64,000 bases of DNA from Octopus bimaculoides (Eukaryota): positions 90,620,465 through 90,684,464 of the forward strand of contig NC_068984.1 of assembly GCF_001194135.2 (NCBI RefSeq), written 5' to 3'. The notes beneath the pieces were generated by a model, which was not told the DNA's origin, did not search any database, and saw only the letters and a program-made list of their open reading frames with translations. Shown here piece by piece: positions 1 to 64,000 of the stretch. A program made the translations under genes and the position numbers. How positions within the stretch are numbered: position 1 is the first letter of the stretch; every line of letters begins with the position of its first letter.

Positions 1-254
1 GACTGGCTTGTGCGGGTGGCACATAAAAGACACCATTTCGAGCGTGGCCGTTTTCGTGCGGGTGACACGTAAAAGCACCCACTACACTCTCTGAGTGGTT
101 GGCGTTAGGAAGGGCATCCAGCTGTAGAAACTCTGCCAAATCAGACTGGAGCCTGGTGCTGCCATCCGGTTTCACCAGTCCTCAGTCAAATCGTCCAACC
201 CATGCTAGCATGGAAAGCGGACGTTAAACGATGATGATGATGATGATGATGATA
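1..254 (+). mobile_element. 3' end of RTE-type LINE (or its non-autonomous derivative) with (GAT)n tail
   Basis: Motif aaaagcacccactacactc…gtggttggcgttaggaagggcatccagctgtagaaac…aacccatgctagcatggaaagcggacgttaaacgatgatgat recurs at 30380-30560, 38090-38140, 49040-49210, 56440-56630 and 57990-58165. It follows RTE ORF2 ends at 36770-38150 and 57480-58165. Confidence 0.8.
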
Positions 255-1731
255 TGTTGGATAATCATGAGTTGGAAACCAAAAGTATTTTTATGTGAGT
301 GCTAAAGATAGACAAACCAAGAATGTTGTTTATCATGAAGCCCTTAACTGAAAATTGTTAATCTCCGTCTTGTCAGAGGCACTAGTTTTTAATTATATAT
401 TTCTGTAACAATCAATAATAGGAACATGTATCATTGTGTCTGAGACAATAAATTTATGCAGAATTACCCATGATTCTTTTTCAACAAATTACCATCAAAT
501 TAGGTTTCCCAAGAAACACCAGGTACACTGTTAATAATAGAAGCTTCATTGAAAGGTATCAAATCAAAAATGACTGGTACAATTTTTCTCCAAACATTAC
601 CTCCAATCAGCTCTATTCAAATAAATTTACTGTACATAGGCAGATTAATGATCCAATCATAAAAACAATTTAGAGCAAACTTCAGATTTATAATTTCTAG
701 AGATATTATTGCAAATCTAACAAGAGTTAGAATCCAAAAAATTGTTATAGACTAGGGCTAGAAATATTTTTTTACATAGAAGTAAAATGTCATTTGGTGG
801 AAGCCAACTTACAAAAGTCAGAAGATTTACTATTCATCAACATGTTAACAGAGAATACAAATACATGAAAAAAGTCCTGAACAACTAGTGATTTTTTAGC
901 TTGTAGTAACTACCTTAATTCCTTTTGCAAGAAATAGAATTTGATAGACTGGTATCCCAATCAGGGAACATTTAAATATCACCTGCCTAATGCCACAAAA
1001 ACTGGAGATGAGCATTAGCTAAGTGGACCATGGAGGTCAACAAAAGAACTGAAAAAATATGATACAAATAATGTTATAAACTTAAGTAAAAAACAAAAAA
1101 CAGAGAAAGTGAGAGATTAATAATCATAAGAATAAAAATATGAAGCCTATGAAAGATTAAAAGTAACACTACATGACAAATAGAAATACATAATAAATGG
1201 AAGTACAGAAACTTCAGCCATTATCATATAATTTTGGATTGTAATATAGAAAACTTATATTGCAAAATTAACACGATACTTAAGGATATTCCTCTCTGAA
1301 ATATTATAATTTTTAGACACTTCATAAAATTCTTTAGCAAATAGTCCTAATAACCTAAGCCTTTTCATTTATTTAATTCATCAGAATTTCCAAGGTAACA
1401 AAATCACAGTTCCAAAAGATACCATCTAAAACAAAATTTTTCATAATGGGATATTTTATCCAGAGCTTACTCCCATATTATGAATAATACCTATTTTGGA
1501 ATTAAGCAGAAGCAAAAGGGGTAACATATCTTTCTAAAGAGAACAATAAAAATCTAATAATCGATGTACTAACAACTGATATAAGACAGTTAAATGGAAT
1601 CTAAACCTGATCATCACTTCATACATTTCTTCAACCTTCTCAATACTGGAAGAATGCAATATTTTAAAGCTCATGATAAATTAGATAGTATGAATTATTT
1701 TTGGAGTAATCATCAAATAATGAAGACTTAC

Positions 1732-56996
<55,265 letters not shown>

Positions 56997-57479
56997 CTAA
57001 GAATAAAAAATAAAAGTTGTTTTTTTGTAATTAAGATTTAATAAACAAATACTTTTAAATACTATCTAGAGTGTAATAAGCTATGTATAGGATTTAATGA
57101 CTTGTCAAACATGAACATGTATTTCAAGGATAAATTTTCTTCAAATAGAAATAACACAAACAACAATAATTTTAAGCAAATATCAATGAAAGGACTCAAC
57201 ATGTAAACTAAATCTGTATATGTTCATAAATCTTACAACCAAATTACTTTTTACTATTCAACCATGAAATGGTGGCACAACCTACTACAATAGCTGCATT
57301 ATCACATCATAGTATGTTATAAAAAGGAAGGATAAGTTTGATAATGTAGCATTTGAGGTACATAAAGACAGGTGGATCAAAGTCAAAACACCTCTGATCA
57401 TAGAGGTGTCCACTTAGTACTGATTTGGAGAAAAAGAGCAATATTGTTTCATTGTTGCAAGTAAAGAATTATACTTTGT

Positions 57480-58165
57480 TTAGACATAGAAGGAACATGA
57501 GGAAAAGGTAGACCTAGGATGATGTAAGATGAAGTGTGAAGACTGACTTCATGATGCTGAGCCTCTCAGAGTAAATGACAGGGAACTGAGATGAATGGCA
57601 TTATGCTGTGCTTGAGAAGACCTGCACATCTCAGCAGGATTGAGGCTCTGTCAAGCCTTCCCCCAGAACTCATCTATTTTCTTCACTTCCTGCTACACTG
57701 ATCTGACATCCTCTGCATCCAACTCATTCCCTATATTTAATCATCTGTCACACTATCTTCACTCAGTGCACTTCCTATTCTGTCTCATTTATGTTGTACC
57801 TGGATCTCACCCTCACCTCTCTCGCATATACGCACACACACACACTTTCCAGGAGGACAAGCCATATATTCAACTCTTCAGCAAGACACTTGCTCCTCTC
57901 CCTCTATCACAGTTTTTTTCTCCAGTCTATACCCTGCTCAGCTGAGGGGTCTTATCTTGTGAGTACTTGACAACCTCACCAGAGCTGGTGCCACATAAAA
58001 AGCACCCACTACACTGTTAAGTGGTTCGCATCAAGAAGGGCATCCAGCTGTAGAAACCATGCCAAAGCAGACATAAAATGTGGCAGAGCCCTTTGGTTTA
58101 TCTATTCTTGTCAAACCATCCAACCCATGCCAGCATGGAAAAGGGGATATTAAATGAAGATGAAG
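57480..58165 (+). mobile_element. RTE LINE 3' part (ORF2 end, UTR, tail)
   Basis: GRPR-like and AVLEKT ORF end; C/T-rich UTR; aaaagcacccactacactg…aagggcatccagctgtagaaaccatgcc…atgaagatgaag. Confidence 0.75.
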
Positions 58166-58387
58166 ATAATTTATCTTTTACTTTTCTCAGTCAATGGACA
58201 CTGGCCATGCTGGGACAACACCTTGAAGGATTTAGTTGAACAAATTGACCACTGTACTTATTTTTTAAAGCATGATACTATTGTAGTGGGATCCTTTGCC
58301 AAAGTGGCATTGGTTTGTTTACAACAAACCAACATCAATGGTCAAGTAGTTGTCACGCAAGGGGGAGGAACAAACATACATACACAC

Positions 58388-58462
<75 letters not shown>

Positions 58463-58844
58463 AATGTATATGACAAGCTTTTTTCAGTTTCTGTCTACCA
58501 AAATCCACTCATAAGGCTTCGGTCAGCTCAGGGCTCAAAATACATATCTATATAATTCATATATTTTATTTTGGTCTTGGGTGTATTTATCAGGCATGCA
58601 CTTCCAGAAAAAATATACATATATATACACATATAGACACATATATACATATATATATACACACACATATATACACATACACACATATATACAAATATAT
58701 ACATATATATACACATACATACATATATATACACATATATATACATATATATATACATATATATATACATATATATATATATATACACACACACATATAT
58801 ACAGATATATATACGCCCATATATACATACATATATACAACTGC

Positions 58845-59300
58845 TCAGGACAATTAGTAACAACTTCTGTATCAGTGCTCACAATTTCAATCATTTTTAT
58901 GCTGTGCAAATTCATGCACTTCTTAAACCCTTCAAACGAACCTTTACTAGCCAAAGAGGGTCTTTCATTAGAAGTTTCACCTTCTTTTTCTACAAGCTGT
59001 CATAAATTTTTGGCTTTTTTTTTTTTAATTACTTTTGTTTATTGGCACCTTACGCTGATTCTAATCCTCAATCCATATTTTCAAGAATTGTTCCATTTTG
59101 GAAAAATAAGGTCCAGACAGTTAATGGAGTAGCTTCTTGGGCATTTGACATAATTTTCTCTCATTTGTCAAGTATTGTCCCCACTGCAAGATTTAATGTT
59201 TTAGCAGTCTTTTTAAAAGATTTAGTTTAATATTCAGTGTAATCGCTTTATGGTTCCTTTTCACACAACTGCCTTCTGGTCTACTTAATAGCTTCTTTCC
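58845..59300 (-). pseudogene. Tigger/pogo (CENP-B-type HTH) transposase remnant
   Basis: KRNHKAITLNIKL…[20 protein letters not shown]…[20 protein letters not shown] resembles the pogo/Tigger ASKGWF.RFKKR motif; internal stops. Confidence 0.8.
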
Positions 59301-60137
59301 AGACATTTTAAATAGAAGTCAACAGCAACAGCAGCAATTAATTATCCACAAGAAATATGAAGTATGAAAAATTGGCCCAGGAAAAATCTGGTTTATGAGA
59401 GTAGAAAAGTGTTTTCTTCCATCTGATGCAATAATGAAAATGAAATGAAAAGGTGAATGACTGAAGAAGAGAAAGTATTACATGATTACAGTTAGCTGAA
59501 GGCTTGCCAGATTTTATAAACAATTTGCCCCTTGCATTTCTGTCTTAAGACATGTCACACACACTTTTCAGTTAGTAAATGTTTTTCTTTACATACACAT
59601 GCACATGCATGTACAGACTACATGTCACATGCCAGTTTGACAAGTAGTGTCAGTATGCATTAATCCTAGCAAGCAGCTGTGGTAACTCCTTTTTTATTGA
59701 CTTTGTAGTCTTGTGACATATCATGGCCAGATTCAGCAATGGCTGTATTGAACTTGCCAGAAATTTTTCATTCCTCTAACATGAAAATCTTGAACAAAAT
59801 ACATTCTTTTCTAACTGAAAATTAACAATGAATTATCTGTTTCTTTAAACGCATATATACATATAAGCACACATATAGACACATGAAGATATATTTATTT
59901 CAATTTATATCACTTTCATACAATCACTTTTAATTACATCATTTTATTATTACATTTCATTATTGATTACATTTTATTTTTATTTTATTGTTGGTTTTTA
60001 TTTTTTATTTTAATTTTACTCTTATATACTTTTCTTTATACACCTTAATAAGGTACTTAGAAAGAAACATTTATATGCATACACATACATATTGATGCAT
60101 AAACTATTGACATCCATACATCTTGCAAGTATATATA

Positions 60138-61866
60138 TCTTAATATATAAAGCTGAAGTTGTGTGTCTGTGTGAAGCCTTTTTAAAAGTGTATAGAAATC
60201 CACATTTTCCACTTTTTTGTAAAAATTTTTACATCAATGGAATTTTCTCGATGTGAACTTTCCAGTGCAGTAATTAGATTTTTTAAAATTCCGTTTACTT
60301 TGTGTGATTTAAGGGAGATTTGGCTGTTGTTTCTAGCAACTTTTATATTTCTTCCCTTCTACCTGGAACAGCGTTCTTACACACGCGCTCAACATCTAAT
60401 ATAGAGAGTAAGAGTAAAAGAGGGAGAGAGAGAGAGAAAGTGATACATACAAAGTCATAGATTAAACTTTCCTCTCAGCATTCTTTACCTATTTTTCATA
60501 ACATTGTTACGTAAAAACACACACAACCACNNNNNNNNNNNNNNNNNNNNNNNNNNNNNNNNNNNNNNNNNNNNNNNNNNNNNNNNNNNNNNNNNNNNNN
60601 NNNNNNNNNNNNNNNNNNNNNNNNNNNNNNNNNNNNNNNNNNNNNNNNNNNNNNNNNNNNNNNNNNNNNNNNNNNNNNNNNNNNNNNNNNNNNNNNNNNN
60701 NNNNNNNNNNNNNNNNNNNNNNNNNNNNNNNNNNNNNNNNNNNNNNNNNNNNNNNNNNNNNNNNNNNNNNNNNNNNNNNNNNNNNNNNNNNNNNNNNNNN
60801 NNNNNNNNNNNNNNNNNNNNNNNNNNNNNNNNNNNNNNNNNNNNNNNNNNNNNNNNNNNNNNNNNNNNNNNNNNNNNNNNNNNNNNNNNNNNNNNNNNNN
60901 NNNNNNNNNNNNNNNNNNNNNNNNNNNNNNNNNNNNNNNNNNNNNNNNNNNNNNNNNNNNNNNNNNNNNNNNNNNNNNNNNNNNNNNNNNNNNNNNNNNN
61001 NNNNNNNNNNNNNNNNNNNNNNNNNNNNNNNNNNNNNNNNNNNNNNNNNNNNNNNNNNNNNNNNNNNNNNNNNNNNNNNNNNNNNNNNNNNNNNNNNNNN
61101 NNNNNNNNNNNNNNNNNNNNNNNNNNNNNNNNNNNNNNNNNNNNNNNNNNNNNNNNNNNNNNNNNNNNNNNNNNNNNNNNNNNNNNNNNNNNNNNNNNNN
61201 NNNNNNNNNNNNNNNNNNNNNNNNNNNNNNNNNNNNNNNNNNNNNNNNNNNNNNNNNNNNNNNNNNNNNNNNNNNNNNNNNNNNNNNNNNNNNNNNNNNN
61301 NNNNNNNNNNNNNNNNNNNNNNNNNNNNNNNNNNNNNNNNNNNNNNNNNNNNNNNNNNNNNNNNNNNNNNNNNNNNNNNNNNNNNNNNNNNNNNNNNNNN
61401 NNNNNNNNNNNNNNNNNNNNNNNNNNNNNNNNNNNNNNNNNNNNNNNNNNNNNNNNNNNNNNNNNNNNNNNNNNNNNNNNNNNNNNNNNNNNNNNNNNNN
61501 NNNNNNNNNNNNNNNNNNCAATCTGATAGAATTCTGGCAAAACTGTGTAGCAACAGATCGCCAGCAATTGCTTCATCACAAATTGCAGTCCTGCTATGTA
61601 TAATCAGGGCAGCGCAAAAAGTTGTTTTGCACAAGCATTTCTATAGCCAATTAGACGGATGAAATTTACGTATGCTTAATAATTTTACGCAAAACGGCCT
61701 TCAGACTTTCCCTATTAATTTCATCGTTTTTTGAATTATGAACATATTTACATCATAAGGGTTTTTTCGTTGTAAGGCTTTCTTTTTTAGTTGATTTTCA
61801 CCTAGCAAGACTAATCGTAGATGGCGTAATAAGTCACACCCAGACAAGGTTGGGTTATACTGCTAG
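60138..61866 (+). mobile_element. Probable non-autonomous Helitron spanning a 990-N gap
   Basis: 5' TC followed by ttaatatataaagctgaagttgtgtgtctg; 3' hairpin acccagacaaggttgggt, then CTAG|T; continuity across the gap cannot be verified. Confidence 0.55.
60531..61520. other. Assembly gap (990 N); other gaps at 14216-14678, 28459-28468, 32694-32793, 33910-33919, 63740-63981
   Basis: Runs of N, mostly abutting TA-rich microsatellites. Confidence 1.
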
Positions 61867-61899
61867 TACATATATATATATATACACATCTGTACATAG

Positions 61900-61943
<44 letters not shown>

Positions 61944-61964
61944 GTATATATCTATATACATATA

Positions 61965-62420
61965 CTAGCAGAAGTGCCCAACGGTGACTGGGGCTTAATT
62001 GCTTTAAAGTACTCTTAATGATTCTATTCAATTATGATTATTGAGGCAAAGATTGATATTAAGTTTACGCCCAACCAATCGATTTGCAATGATAGGCGGC
62101 CTCCTGTCTAAGCTTATTTCTTCGCATTCGCCATAACCTCGTTTAGGCTTTGAAGCCTTTCCAGTTTGTTTTCACTGTCCCGTTTTTGTCACCAACTTTG
62201 ACCCTCCACAAAAACCCAAGATTTATTGAATTTGCTTTGCAGTAGCAACTGTTTTATCAAAGGTGTATCATGTCGTGAAATAATCGAAATACAGATTAGA
62301 AAAACAGCCGACACCTGATGAAGAGTTGATCTTCATGTTGTTTGTCTTGCTTTCCATTCGTTTCTTTCATTGGTTGCAAAAAAAGTTCATATTTCATGTC
62401 CTCAAACTTCATATTTTTTG
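61965..62420 (-). mobile_element. Helitron 3' end in opposite orientation
   Basis: Minus strand hairpin gcccagtcaccgttgggc, then ttctgCTAG|T; 5' limit uncertain. Confidence 0.6.
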
Positions 62421-64000
62421 TTGTTTACGTTTTGTGACGTCCTGTTCCAATACACATGTATATATGTATAAATGTAAGTATGTATGTATATATGCATACA
62501 TATATATTATTCATATTATTATATGACTGAACACCAAGCATCCTTTTCCATGTAAGTTATATCTTAATAATTCAGAGGCGCCTCTTTATTCTTCCTATTA
62601 CTCTTTTCTTTTTTCTCTCTTCCTTTCTCTTATTCTTTTCCCTCCTCTTCTCCCACTATTCTATCCTTTTACTCTTTCGTTTTCTTTACTCTTTTCTCTT
62701 ATTCTTTTACCTCCCCTTCTCACCCTCTTTTTTCTCTCTTACCCTATCAACAAATCTTTTCCTCGTTCCTTCACAGTTCTCTGTCTGTCACTCTCTCTCC
62801 CTCACTCTTCCTACTTTGCTCAAGTCGCTACCACATAACCATTGGCCATTTTTGTTTCTTTTTCTAACTTGTGTTTCTTTCTTTCTTCCTGTTGCAGCTG
62901 GACAGGGAAGAGATATTTTTGTCTGTCCCCTGCGCAAACTTGTTTCTTTGCGTTCACCACCACAACCTTGTTTAGGCTTAGCAGCACTTCCTGCTTGTAT
63001 TCACTGCCCTGACTTTATCACCAATTTTGACCCTCAACAATATCCTAAGATTTCTTTAACTTCCTTAATGAAAGCAACTGTTTTATCAAAAGAGTACCTT
63101 CTCATGAGATGCGCGAAATACGGATAAGAAAAATGGCCGGCAACTGATGAAGTACTGATAGGTTTCTATATTGTGTCTATGTATAAGCTTTTCACCTTTT
63201 TTTACCTGGATTTTATATTTTTATATTTTTTAATTATTTTTATGTTTTTTAATTATTTTTATGTTTTTTACATAATTATAGGGTTAATGTTTTTGTATTT
63301 TTCCACACATATTTTTCTGTTTTCTCCCCTCCAAACTTTTTTCCTGTACGTTTATAGACACATACAAGGAACTTTATATGTGCGTGCTTGTAAATGTGTG
63401 CTTGGATGCGTGCATATGTAGGTATATACGTGCGTATATAGGGATATGTGCGTGCGTATATGGATATATGCGTGCATGCGATAATATACGCAGTTTTAGA
63501 CGCGTTTTGATCTTGTCACTACACAGTAATTTCCCTTTGTTTTTAACAGTCATTTTTCACAGGAATTTTCAATTGGCCGGATAACTGAAGAGATGCTGGC
63601 GTGGGCTCCCACCCTGGCATCCAAAACTTGGAGTTTTATCATGGCAACTGAATAAGTGTCACATATATTTACAGATAAATTGCTCTATTTGCATAATATC
63701 GAGGTCTCTTTCTTTCTTTTGTTGTCCTTCCTATCAAATNNNNNNNNNNNNNNNNNNNNNNNNNNNNNNNNNNNNNNNNNNNNNNNNNNNNNNNNNNNNN
63801 NNNNNNNNNNNNNNNNNNNNNNNNNNNNNNNNNNNNNNNNNNNNNNNNNNNNNNNNNNNNNNNNNNNNNNNNNNNNNNNNNNNNNNNNNNNNNNNNNNNN
63901 NNNNNNNNNNNNNNNNNNNNNNNNNNNNNNNNNNNNNNNNNNNNNNNNNNNNNNNNNNNNNNNNNNNNNNNNNNNNNNNNNTCTGACCTGATTTTCTACA

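Noticed and set aside
58528-59132. ORFs rich in YI/CV/HT repeats (also 7435, 9422, 20489, 21361, 26556, 38236)
   Set aside because: Translations of (TA)n, (CA)n, (TG)n or (GAT)n microsatellites
63560-63655. GC-richer exon-like stretch near the window end
   Set aside because: No frame on either strand resembles the missing PHD exon or any known protein

Overview
Eukaryotic, AT-rich, repeat-dense animal DNA. The repeat families look like those of a coleoid cephalopod, most likely Octopus; this is inference from recalled repeat consensus, not a search. The window holds one clear protein-coding gene: a KDM7-family (KDM7A/PHF8/PHF2-like) PHD + JmjC histone lysine demethylase on the minus strand. 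I traced 13 GT-AG exons from 56996 down to 1732 (1784 nt, about 594 codons, all phases consistent). The Fe(II) triad H-x-D...H is intact. The first coding exon (start codon and N-terminal half of the PHD finger) is not visible, and the 3' end is unresolved. One intron inside the JmjC-adjacent helical region is about 34.5 kb. Almost everything else is decayed mobile DNA: RTE LINEs, an L1/Tx1-like LINE, an R4/Dong-like fragment, tRNA-derived SINEs, mariner, Tigger/pogo, hAT and piggyBac-like MITEs, Helitron ends, microsatellites and assembly gaps. I found no CRISPR array, intact tRNA/rRNA, nested gene or clearly new multi-gene system. The most notable observations are: (1) a SINE that shares its 3' tail with the L1/Tx1-like LINE, and one SINE body carrying three different tails; (2) a mariner derivative built from two 5' ends; (3) three repeated SLK-x-K/R-x motifs in the demethylase C-terminus; (4) a rearranged RTE element.
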